Assembly: GCA_033762075.1 (NCBI GenBank)
Contig: JANRLY010000040.1
Span: 17,372-81,371 of the forward strand
Reading direction: 5' to 3'
DNA from: Gammaproteobacteria bacterium
GTDB taxonomy: Bacteria; Pseudomonadota; Gammaproteobacteria; DSM-16500
Length of the DNA: 64,000 nucleotides
Part shown: piece by piece, positions 7,346 to 15,360 of the stretch
Layout: the number at the start of each line of letters is the position of its first letter
Numbering within the stretch: the first letter of the stretch is position 1
The notes under the pieces: generated by a model
Told to the model about the DNA's origin: nothing
The model's database searches: none
What the model saw: the letters and a program-made list of their open reading frames with translations, nothing else
Program-made: the position numbers and the translations under genes

Positions 7346-7738
7346 ATGAATGAACCCTTTGTGAAATACGTTGAAGAACGTTTGCAGCAATGGGCTGAAT
7401 GGTACAGTCGTGGCAATTTATTTGGCTTAGGGTATCCATCCTGCTCCCTAGAATATCGCCTGATGACAGAAGGTATCATTGTGAAAACGACCGGTGCTAA
7501 AACTTTATCTTCAAATGAGGAAGCAGAGGAAATCGAAGCTTTGGTCAGAGAAATGGCGCACCAGAATGAAAAGATAGCATTGGCTTTACGTTGTCAGTAT
7601 TTTTCATGTGGCACCTTACGTGTGAAAGCTAAAAAGCTTCATATTTCCCATAACCAGTTTAAATATTACGTTGATTTGGGGCATCAGTGGTTAGCGGGCC
7701 GATTAAGTGCCAAACGGGTAAAATTGCGTTGGAAATAG
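7346..7738 (+). CDS. Late-gene antiterminator Q-like protein
   Basis: LQQWAEWYSRG near the N-terminus and the C-terminal HTH-like region LRCQYF...KLHISHNQFKYYVDLGHQWLAGRL resemble the small Q family (QuuD-like). It lies directly upstream of a promoter-terminator unit and the lysis genes. The start may be 7328 or 7334. Confidence 0.55.
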   Translation: MNEPFVKYVEERLQQWAEWYSRGNLFGLGYPSCSLEYRLMTEGIIVKTTGAKTLSSNEEAEEIEALVREMAHQNEKIALALRCQYFSCGTLRVKAKKLHISHNQFKYYVDLGHQWLAGRLSAKRVKLRWK

Positions 7739-7755
7739 TTGAGACTATCGAGGGC

Positions 7756-7784
7756 TTGTTTTGTAATTACAAAAGTGGTATAAA
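7756..7784 (+). promoter_or_regulatory. Candidate late promoter (PR'-like)
   Basis: TTGTTT, a 17-nt spacer, then TATAAA. It lies 18 nt after the Q-like gene and about 30 nt upstream of a terminator hairpin. Confidence 0.5.
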
Positions 7785-7812
7785 ATTTCTATCATGCGAT
7801 AGTTGTGTGAAA

Positions 7813-7840
7813 GACCTGCCAAGTGCAGGTTTTTTTGTTT
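7813..7840 (+). terminator. Rho-independent terminator (tR'-like) 1
   Basis: ACCTGC-caagt-GCAGGT followed by TTTTTTTG. Confidence 0.65.
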
Positions 7841-7852
7841 TTGCGTCCCGTA

Positions 7853-7886
7853 AAGCCAGGCTTAGTAATAGGTCTGGCTTTTTTTA
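7853..7886 (+). terminator. Rho-independent terminator 2
   Basis: AGCCAGG...TCTGGCT hairpin followed by seven T residues. Confidence 0.6.
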
Positions 7887-7910
7887 TGCCTAAAATTATT
7901 CGGTGAAATT

Positions 7911-8270
7911 ATGTCGGAAACCACATTAATAAAATCACAACTTACGCATCATGATGAACGTATCGCTGACCTGTCCGATGATCTGAATGAATTAAAAGTA
8001 ACCGTAAGCATTCTTGCAGAAAAGCATCTCATTCTCATTGAAAAACTGGATTCCTTTATTGAAAAAATGACACGTGCTGATAATCGACTACAAAAACTGG
8101 AAGAATTTATGATAACTCACTTGGAACGCACAGCATTTATAAAATCACTTTTAAAATTCTGGCCTGTTATTTTAGCGACCTTATTATTTTTCTTCTCAAT
8201 AGGTGTAATGGTAGACAACCAAAAAGTGGCCGATGAATTTACCAGTAAATTATATTGGAAAAAGTCATGA
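7911..8270 (+). CDS. XhlA-like lysis-associated membrane protein (coiled coil plus a C-terminal TM helix); possible holin or antiholin
   Basis: The 119-aa product has a long heptad-like N-terminal region and a single TM segment, FWPVILATLLFFFSIGVMV. It is the first gene after the late promoter, directly upstream of the endolysin. Confidence 0.45.
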   Translation: MSETTLIKSQLTHHDERIADLSDDLNELKVTVSILAEKHLILIEKLDSFIEKMTRADNRLQKLEEFMITHLERTAFIKSLLKFWPVILATLLFFFSIGVMVDNQKVADEFTSKLYWKKS

Positions 8271-8806
8271 GTAATTTTGATACCGCCATTCTCACTGTAC
8301 TGCGTCATGAAGGGTTGTACGTGAATGACCCTCAAGATGCAGGTGGGGCGACCAATTACGGTGTCTCGCTGCGTTGGTTAAAAAGTATTGGTGATTTGAA
8401 TAGCGATGGATTTTTAGACGGTGATCTTGATCATGATGGCGATGTCGATTTATTTGATGTAAAAAATATGACGCGCGATGATGCAATCAAACTCTATCGT
8501 CAATATTGGTGGGATAACTTTCCCTATGAAAAAATTGTTAATCAACTTATTGGCACTAAACTATTTGACTTAGCGGTTAACATGGGCAGTAAGCCCTCCC
8601 ATAAATGTTTGCAGCGTGCGATACGCGCAGCAAGTGGATTACATCTACTTGAGGATGGAATTCTCGGTACAAAATCGCTTGAAGCAATCAACGCTGCAAA
8701 CGCAGATACATTACTGGCTGCTTATCGCAGTGAGGCAGCAGGATTTTATCGTTCACTCAACAAACCAAAATATATTGAAGGTTGGTTAAACAGGGCTTAC
8801 TCATGA
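8267..8806 (+). CDS. Endolysin, glycoside hydrolase family 108-like with a C-terminal peptidoglycan-binding region
   Basis: It has the N-terminal signature LRHEGLYVNDPQDAGGATNYGVS and YRQYWWD typical of GH108 lysozymes. It carries an unusual insertion with two D-x-D/N-x-D-G loops. Confidence 0.75.
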   Translation: MSNFDTAILTVLRHEGLYVNDPQDAGGATNYGVSLRWLKSIGDLNSDGFLDGDLDHDGDVDLFDVKNMTRDDAIKLYRQYWWDNFPYEKIVNQLIGTKLFDLAVNMGSKPSHKCLQRAIRAASGLHLLEDGILGTKSLEAINAANADTLLAAYRSEAAGFYRSLNKPKYIEGWLNRAYS

Positions 8807-9429
8807 GCTTGGAAGCATTAGGTAGTCTTATCGTAAAATCAGCGCCGCTCTTGGGCGGTGTACTAGCAGGGCCAGCAGGTGCAGCGATTGGTTCTGTGAT
8901 TGCTGCTAAATTTGGCGGTAACATTAACGATACCAGTGATTTGATTAACCGTATTGAGGGTGATCCTAACGCTAAGATAAAGCTGTTGGAAATACAATCT
9001 AATAATGAAGTAGAACTACAGCGCATACACATGGTGATGGCTGAGAATGAATTGAAGTACGCTTATTTAGAAATAGAAAGTGATCATCAAGATCGTAGTA
9101 GTGCACGACAACGGGAGGCTGCATTAGCTCAAGCAGGACAACGTGACTATACGCCAGCAGCACTTGCCTACCTCCTGACGCTGGGTGTGTTCGTGGCGTT
9201 GTACTACCTATTCACTCAAGGCGTGCCGACTGATAACAAAGAGTTGATCGTCAGTATCATCAGCGCAATGACAACGGTGTGGGTAGCAGCAATGGCTTAC
9301 TATCATGGGTCGTCTGCAGGCTCGCGCAGTAAGGATAAATTGTTGTTGAACACTGATCCAAGAGCATTAGGCTTTCAATCGCATACGCCAGCGGCAGCCT
9401 TACATAATCAGACACATGATGATTCGTAG
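8803..9429 (+). CDS. Holin, 3-TM GTA-type (usual partner of GH108 endolysins)
   Basis: The N-terminus is Gly/Ala-rich and there are two C-terminal TM helices (AALAYLLTLGVFVALYYLF, LIVSIISAMTTVWVAAMAYY). The start overlaps the endolysin stop as ATGA. Confidence 0.55.
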   Translation: MSLEALGSLIVKSAPLLGGVLAGPAGAAIGSVIAAKFGGNINDTSDLINRIEGDPNAKIKLLEIQSNNEVELQRIHMVMAENELKYAYLEIESDHQDRSSARQREAALAQAGQRDYTPAALAYLLTLGVFVALYYLFTQGVPTDNKELIVSIISAMTTVWVAAMAYYHGSSAGSRSKDKLLLNTDPRALGFQSHTPAAALHNQTHDDS

Positions 9430-9527
9430 GTACTGTCAGCGATGTCGCTCGACTGCGGGCGAACGAGGCGCAGTATTTAAAAATATTTCATTTCGGCAAC
9501 TTATCATTTCGTTTCGCTTGGAACCCT

Positions 9528-10760
9528 ATGAAAATACGTAAAATTGCTATAGACAAGGTTATCCCATATGCACGCAACCCTCGAAAAAACGAGAATGCGG
9601 TTGCCAAGGTTGCGGCCAGCCTTAAAGAGTTTGGTTGGAAGCAGGCTATTGTCGTTGATAGCGAAATGGTGGTCATCGCAGGCCACACCAGATTGCTGGC
9701 AGCAAAAAAACTCAGTATGGATGAAGTACCCATATTGGTGGCAGACGATTTAACACCGGCACAAGTGAAAGCTTACCGGTTAGCCGATAACCGTACCCAC
9801 GAGGAATCGGAGTGGGATAAGGAAGCGCTCGCCATTGAGTTAGGTGAATTAGGCGATTTGGATTATGACTTACGCTATACCGGTTTTGACCCTGAAGAAA
9901 TCCAGGGTTTAAAAGCGCTAGCAGAAGCTGTCGAAAATGGATTGAAGGATGAAGATGATTGTCCTGAAATTGCAGAAGAACCAATTAGCCAGTTAGGTGA
10001 TGTGTGGTTATTAGGGCGTCACCGTGTTCTTTGTGGTGATAGCACGCGTATTGATAACGTAGAAAAATTAGCTGCCGGTGAGTTGGCCGATATGGTCTTT
10101 ACCGATCCGCCATACAATGTGGACTATGAAGGCTATACCGATGACAAACTTAAAATCACTCACGATAATATGAATGATGATCAATTTAAAAAATTCTTGT
10201 TGGATATTTTTGCATCCTACCTTGTCGCTGTAAAAAAAGGTGCTGCGATGTATGTGTGTCACGGTTCTATTTATCAACGTGAGTTTCAAAATGCACTAGA
10301 AGCAAATGGTTTTACCGTGCGGAATCAAATCATCTGGGCAAAGAATCATTTTGCTTGGGGACGCGGGCGTTACAAGTTTCAGCACGAGCCTATTTTCTAC
10401 TGCTATCAGAAAGGTCAATCAGACCCGTGGTATGGCGATAAAACGCAATCCACGTTATGGCAAATAGATAAGCCCAACGCTAATCGACTTCACCCGACTA
10501 TGAAGCCGGTGGCATTGATTGAGATGGCATTAAAAAATAGCAGCAAAGCGGGTGATATTGTATTGGATTTATTTGGTGGTTCCGGTAGCACGCTGATTGC
10601 TTGCGAGAAAACCGCACGTAGTGCATGGCTTATGGAACTCGACCCAAAATATTGTGATGTGATCGTTAAGCGCTGGCAGGATTTCACTGGCCATCAGGCT
10701 ACCTTGCAAGATGACGGGCGTACCTTTAATGAAATCGCTACTCAGCGCAAGGCTGCTTAG
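9528..10760 (+). CDS. ParB-like nuclease domain fused to an N6-adenine/N4-cytosine DNA methyltransferase
   Basis: The N-terminal ParB motif is VVIAGHTRLLAAKKL. The methyltransferase motifs are FTDPPYN (motif IV) and VLDLFGGSGSTLIACE (motif I). Confidence 0.8.
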   Translation: MKIRKIAIDKVIPYARNPRKNENAVAKVAASLKEFGWKQAIVVDSEMVVIAGHTRLLAAKKLSMDEVPILVADDLTPAQVKAYRLADNRTHEESEWDKEALAIELGELGDLDYDLRYTGFDPEEIQGLKALAEAVENGLKDEDDCPEIAEEPISQLGDVWLLGRHRVLCGDSTRIDNVEKLAAGELADMVFTDPPYNVDYEGYTDDKLKITHDNMNDDQFKKFLLDIFASYLVAVKKGAAMYVCHGSIYQREFQNALEANGFTVRNQIIWAKNHFAWGRGRYKFQHEPIFYCYQKGQSDPWYGDKTQSTLWQIDKPNANRLHPTMKPVALIEMALKNSSKAGDIVLDLFGGSGSTLIACEKTARSAWLMELDPKYCDVIVKRWQDFTGHQATLQDDGRTFNEIATQRKAA

Positions 10761-10981
10761 TATTCTATGTCTGCCTTGGTAATTTCTGGTTGCTGATCAT
10801 GCAACGCAGGTTCGACCTTACTCAAGTAGTGCATCCACTCGCGTGCCAGCGCTTTTCGCTGTGCCGGTGTCGCTTTGTCGTCTTGAATGGCGCGTGCCAT
10901 TGTGGTGCCGACATAGTGTAAAAAAATGAGGTTTGAGTGGTCTTCTGAAGTCATTTTGAGGTGATATACTTGCTTAGTCAT
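10757..10981 (-). CDS. Hypothetical 74-aa protein, reverse-oriented moron in the late region
   Basis: The ATG at 10981 is preceded by GGAGGTAGCAGCC. The longer 185-aa version in the ORF track would overlap the terminase small-subunit gene. No family was recognised. Confidence 0.45.
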   Translation of the reverse strand: MTKQVYHLKMTSEDHSNLIFLHYVGTTMARAIQDDKATPAQRKALAREWMHYLSKVEPALHDQQPEITKADIEY

Positions 10982-11046
10982 GGCTGCTACCTCCGTAGTA
11001 GTTGTGAAAGTAATGGTTAGGTGTTGAAGCACCTTTCCATCGCGTA

Positions 11047-11076
11047 GGGAGCGGCCAAAACCGCTCCCTTTTTTAT
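11047..11076 (+). terminator. Rho-independent terminator hairpin
   Basis: GGGAGCGG-ccaaaa-CCGCTCCC followed by TTTTTTATTT. Confidence 0.6.
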
Positions 11077-11168
11077 TTGTCATGATGATGTTAGCTCTGG
11101 CAAATATTAAAGCAAAGTCATTCATCGCTTTATATTTGTACATATTTTGGCCTGATTGGAGGCTTTGA

Positions 11169-11735
11169 ATGTCCGCTGTATCACCGTTATATCCTGCATC
11201 GACCATCGCTAAATTATTCAATTTGACCGAGCGGCGAATACAGCAATTGGCAAAAGAGGGGATTATTCCCAAAGCAGAGCGTGGCAAATATGACTTGATT
11301 GGCTCGGTTCGCAACTATGTGAAGTATTTGCAGGAACGTGCATTAGGCCGTGACGATGGTGCTTATAAAGACGAGGCCGACATCAAGGTAGAACGCAAAC
11401 GCCTTATCAAAGCCCAGGCAGATAAAACTGAAAGTGAAACACAAAAATTACGTGGTGAGCTTATCCCGTTTGAATGGGTGGAGGATGTACTTAATGAAGT
11501 GGCGGTACTCTACGGCTCAGGCGTTGATGCTCTGCCTGGACGATTAGCCAATGAACTGGCAGGTATCCATGACCCAGCCGAAGTTAAAGCCAGACTCTTT
11601 GATGAATGCAGACGCATCCGCATTGCCACTGCCGATTTCCTCCGCCGATTTGCAGAGACTGTCGAACGCGGTGAAGTTGTCAGCATCGATAGTCGACGCA
11701 GCGAAAGCGAGGACACCGGATCAGTGGGCGAATGA
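11169..11735 (+). CDS. Terminase small subunit (lambda Nu1-like)
   Basis: The N-terminal winged HTH is IAKLFNLTERRIQQLAKEGIIP...GKYDL, followed by a coiled-coil region. It lies immediately upstream of, and overlaps, the gpA-like large subunit. Confidence 0.7.
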   Translation: MSAVSPLYPASTIAKLFNLTERRIQQLAKEGIIPKAERGKYDLIGSVRNYVKYLQERALGRDDGAYKDEADIKVERKRLIKAQADKTESETQKLRGELIPFEWVEDVLNEVAVLYGSGVDALPGRLANELAGIHDPAEVKARLFDECRRIRIATADFLRRFAETVERGEVVSIDSRRSESEDTGSVGE

Positions 11736-13536
11736 AAATAGGCATCTACCACCAGGGAGTGCCGAACCTGGCCCGTGGAGAAGCGCGCGCAGCCCTTACA
11801 TGATTTCGATTGTCCATGCCTGTATTCAACCCAAAAATAAACGGGTGATCGCGGTGATGGGCAGTCAGATGGGTAAAACGGCTGGCCTTTTGAATGTCAT
11901 TGGCCATCGTTTAGATGATGACCCTGCGCCGATTATTTATGTTGGGCCGACCCGAAATAATATCGATAACGTCATTGAACCTAAGATCATGGACATGATT
12001 AAGGGCGTGCCTACTCTTTGGGCAAAAATGGCGAAAGGAAAAAAGGCGACAAAAACGCATAAGCGTATCGCAGGTATATCGTTACGATTAGCCTGGGCGG
12101 GATCTCCTACAGAATTAGCCAGTGACAGTGCCGTGTTGGTATTAGTCGATGAGATTGATCGGATGGATGACAATGTTAAAGGTGAAGGTAATGTTTTTGA
12201 GTTAGCTGAAGCACGCACCAGTACCTACCCTGACGGGCGTGTGATTGGAACCAGCACGCCTACCATTGGAAATGTTGATACGTTTGTTCATCCGGTCACC
12301 GACTTAGAGCATTGGGCAGTGTCTGATACCGTTGCATCACCCATTTGGCGATTGTGGCAAGAAGGCAGCCGTCATGAATGGGCGTGGCCTTGCCCACATT
12401 GCAGCGAATATTTTATTCCGCGATTTAAACATTTAGTTTGGCCGGAAAAATCAACGCCGGATGAAGCACGACAAAAAGCAAATCTTGCCTGCCCACGCTG
12501 TGGTTCGCTGATTAGCGATGAACACAAAGCAGAAATGAATAAACGCGGGACGTATGTGGCACCAGGACAAACTGTCACAAAAGATGGTGAGGTACTGGGT
12601 AATGCGGATACGATAAATAGTGATACGGCATCCTTCTGGGTGAGTGGTATTTGTAGTTTTAGTTCAAAGAAAACGTTTGGATTTTTAGCAAAGAAATTTT
12701 TAGCAGCAGTCCGTAGTGGAGAGTCAGAACGTATTCAAGGCGTCATTAATACTGATTTTGGTGAGTTATTTAAAATTGGTGGTGATGCACCTGAGTGGAC
12801 GGTGGTTGCAGAACGTAAGCGCGGTTACAAACAAGGTGATGTACCACAAGGTGTGAACCTTATCACAGCAGGCGTTGACGTACAGAAAAACCGCCTTGTA
12901 TATGTGGTACGTGGCTGGGGTTCTCGCTATGAAAGCTGGTTGATTGAGCATGGCGAGCTTTGGGGTGAAACGGATAAGCCAGAAGTATGGCAGGAATTAA
13001 GCGAATTAATTTCTACCTCATGGCAAGGGCATCTACTTTCACGTGTGGCCATTGACTCCGGCTATCAAACACAACAGGTTTATCAATTTTGCCGCTTACA
13101 TAAAAATGCGGCGCTTGCTACAAAGGGTCACGATACGCTGGATAAACCGTTTAAAAAATCAGATATCGATGTCAACGTGCGTGGTAAAACAATTACAAAC
13201 GGTTTGCAGCTTTGGCATTTTAATACTGACCAAATGAAAAGCTGGGTACATTCTCGTGTGGAATGGCCACATGACCAGCCTGGTGGCTGGTGGTTGCCGG
13301 ATGATATTAGCGATGATTACTGCAAACAAATCGTCGCAGAACAAAGATCAGTAAAACCCAGCGGCAAAGTTATCTGGGTACAAGTGAAAAAAGATAACCA
13401 TTACCTTGATGCAGAAGCGTTGGCTTATTTGGCTGCAAAAATTATTACAGCCGGACGTGAGTATGCTATCGAGGGACAGTCACAAGTTATTTCCAAACCT
13501 AAACGCCGAATGATTAGTCAAGGAGTGCATCTCTAA
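11551..13536 (+). CDS. Terminase large subunit (lambda gpA family)
   Basis: DQWANENRHLPPGSAEPGPWR matches the gpA N-terminal motif. The Walker A-like segment is GSQMGKTAG, and there is a Zn-ribbon-like CPHCSEY...CPRCG. The true start is uncertain (11551, 11569, 11602 or GTG 11671). Confidence 0.85.
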   Translation: MNWQVSMTQPKLKPDSLMNADASALPLPISSADLQRLSNAVKLSASIVDAAKARTPDQWANENRHLPPGSAEPGPWRSARSPYMISIVHACIQPKNKRVIAVMGSQMGKTAGLLNVIGHRLDDDPAPIIYVGPTRNNIDNVIEPKIMDMIKGVPTLWAKMAKGKKATKTHKRIAGISLRLAWAGSPTELASDSAVLVLVDEIDRMDDNVKGEGNVFELAEARTSTYPDGRVIGTSTPTIGNVDTFVHPVTDLEHWAVSDTVASPIWRLWQEGSRHEWAWPCPHCSEYFIPRFKHLVWPEKSTPDEARQKANLACPRCGSLISDEHKAEMNKRGTYVAPGQTVTKDGEVLGNADTINSDTASFWVSGICSFSSKKTFGFLAKKFLAAVRSGESERIQGVINTDFGELFKIGGDAPEWTVVAERKRGYKQGDVPQGVNLITAGVDVQKNRLVYVVRGWGSRYESWLIEHGELWGETDKPEVWQELSELISTSWQGHLLSRVAIDSGYQTQQVYQFCRLHKNAALATKGHDTLDKPFKKSDIDVNVRGKTITNGLQLWHFNTDQMKSWVHSRVEWPHDQPGGWWLPDDISDDYCKQIVAEQRSVKPSGKVIWVQVKKDNHYLDAEALAYLAAKIITAGREYAIEGQSQVISKPKRRMISQGVHL

Positions 13537-13769
13537 TGGCAGGTATTACTTTAGAACAAGCAGAAGCACAATTGTCAGCTTGGTTAAGTGCCAGCGCTGC
13601 TGTTGCGCAAGGTCAATCTTATACGATCTCAACAGAAAGTGGATCACGATCTCTAAGCCGTGCGAATGCGCGAGAAATTATGTCGCAAATAAAATATTGG
13701 GATACGCAAGTGAAGCGTTTAACTCGCGGTGGTATTAATGTACGTGGAGTGACGATTAGCAATGGTTAA
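13536..13769 (+). CDS. Head-tail joining protein gpW-like
   Basis: The 77-aa product begins MAGITLEQAEAQLSAWLSA...YWDTQVKRL, typical of gpW. It lies between the terminase and portal genes, as in lambda. Confidence 0.7.
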   Translation: MAGITLEQAEAQLSAWLSASAAVAQGQSYTISTESGSRSLSRANAREIMSQIKYWDTQVKRLTRGGINVRGVTISNG

Positions 13770-15360
13770 GCGTCCGGTGAAGGTTCAGGAAAATTGGATT
13801 GATAAAGCGTATCGATATGTTGCGCCTATCAAGGCTGCAGAACGCTATAAAGCACGGATGACGCTTGCATTAGCGGGCAGTTATAACGGTGCCTCTCGCA
13901 CACGGCGCTCGCTTGCAGATTATTTACCAACAGGTGGCGATGCAGATACGGATTTAATGTTTGACTTGCCGTTGTTACGCAAACGTTCACGCGATTTAGC
14001 GCGAAACAACCCACTATCTCTCGGTGCAATTAATACAGTTTGCACCAATGTTGTTGGCACAGGCTTAAAATTACAAGCACGTATTGATCGTGATTTCCTA
14101 GGCATGAGCGATGAAGAAGCCGATCAATGGGAATCCAATGTTGAGCGTGAATTTAGATTGTGGGCGGAATCAGCCGATTGTGATGCCGGTAGAACCCTTA
14201 ATTTTGCAGGCATTCAAGAGTTGGTGTTTCGTTCTACGCTAGAGAATGGCGATTGCTTTGTCTTGATGCCCTTTATCACTCGAGGAAATAATCCTTACTC
14301 CCTTTGTTTGCAAATTATAGAAGCAGATCGAGTATGCAATCAAAATAAAATGGCTGATAGCGATACGTTGGTCGGGGGTGTGCGCAAAGATCAATATGGT
14401 GCACCGATTGAATATCATATTTTAAAAGGTCATCCAGGAAATATTTATAGTGTTAAAAATCTGGAGTGGTTGGTGGTGCCTGCCTTTGGTGGTCTCACAG
14501 GACGCCGGAATGTCATTCATCTCTACAAGATGCTTCGCCCTGGTCAAACACGTGGCGTGCCTTATTTAGCGCCGGTGATTGAGTCATTGAAACAGCTTGG
14601 CAATTATACCGATGCAGAAGTGATGGCTGCTGTCATTAGCAGTTACTTTACCGTTTTTATTAAATCACCACAGGGTGATACCGATTTAGCGCCGATGCAG
14701 CCTATCAGTGAAGTCGGTGGCAGCCAAGGTGACTCAGACTACAAGCTAGCAAGTGGCGCCATTGTTGGATTGGCAGAAGGTGAGGATATTTCAACCGCTA
14801 ATCCTGGTCGACCCAATGCACAATTCGATCCATTTGTACAAGCTGTATTAAGACAAATTGGCGTGGCATTGGAATTACCGTTTGAGATATTGATTAAACA
14901 TTTCACCGCTTCTTATTCTGCTGCACGTGCAGCATTACTCGAAGCATGGCGGTTTTTCACTGCTAAAAGGGAATGGTTAGCGCAGAATTTTTGCCAAGTT
15001 GCCTATGAAGCTTGGCTAACAGAGGCTATTGCCACAGGCAGAATCAATGCGCCTGGCTTTATTGGTGGCGATCCTGCTATTCGCAACGCTTATACCGGCA
15101 CAGAATGGACTGGCCCAGCGCCAGGACAGATTGACCCACTGAAGGAAATTCAGGCAGCAAAAGAAAGAGTCGATTTAGGCGTGAGTACGCTATCGCGTGA
15201 AACAGCAGCATTGACAGGTGAAGATTGGCAAAAGACGCATCAGCAATCAGTCAAAGAACATAAAATGCGAGAAGAAGCAGGTCTCCTTCTCCAAAATAAT
15301 CCTAATAATTCGTTTCCATCCTCAGCTGACAAAACAAATTCATCTGGAGAAAATCCATGA
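13762..15360 (+). CDS. Portal protein (lambda gpB family)
   Basis: Size (532 aa), position and sequence character (GVPYLAPVIE, ELPFEIL) are consistent with lambda-family portals. Confidence 0.75.
   Translation: MVKRPVKVQENWIDKAYRYVAPIKAAERYKARMTLALAGSYNGASRTRRSLADYLPTGGDADTDLMFDLPLLRKRSRDLARNNPLSLGAINTVCTNVVGTGLKLQARIDRDFLGMSDEEADQWESNVEREFRLWAESADCDAGRTLNFAGIQELVFRSTLENGDCFVLMPFITRGNNPYSLCLQIIEADRVCNQNKMADSDTLVGGVRKDQYGAPIEYHILKGHPGNIYSVKNLEWLVVPAFGGLTGRRNVIHLYKMLRPGQTRGVPYLAPVIESLKQLGNYTDAEVMAAVISSYFTVFIKSPQGDTDLAPMQPISEVGGSQGDSDYKLASGAIVGLAEGEDISTANPGRPNAQFDPFVQAVLRQIGVALELPFEILIKHFTASYSAARAALLEAWRFFTAKREWLAQNFCQVAYEAWLTEAIATGRINAPGFIGGDPAIRNAYTGTEWTGPAPGQIDPLKEIQAAKERVDLGVSTLSRETAALTGEDWQKTHQQSVKEHKMREEAGLLLQNNPNNSFPSSADKTNSSGENP

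Noticed and set aside
10757-11314. The 185-aa minus-strand ORF given in the ORF track.
   Set aside because: Its upstream 111 codons overlap the start of the small terminase gene and the intergenic terminator. An internal ATG at 10981 has a strong GGAGGT Shine-Dalgarno. Only the 74-aa version (10757-10981) is plausible.
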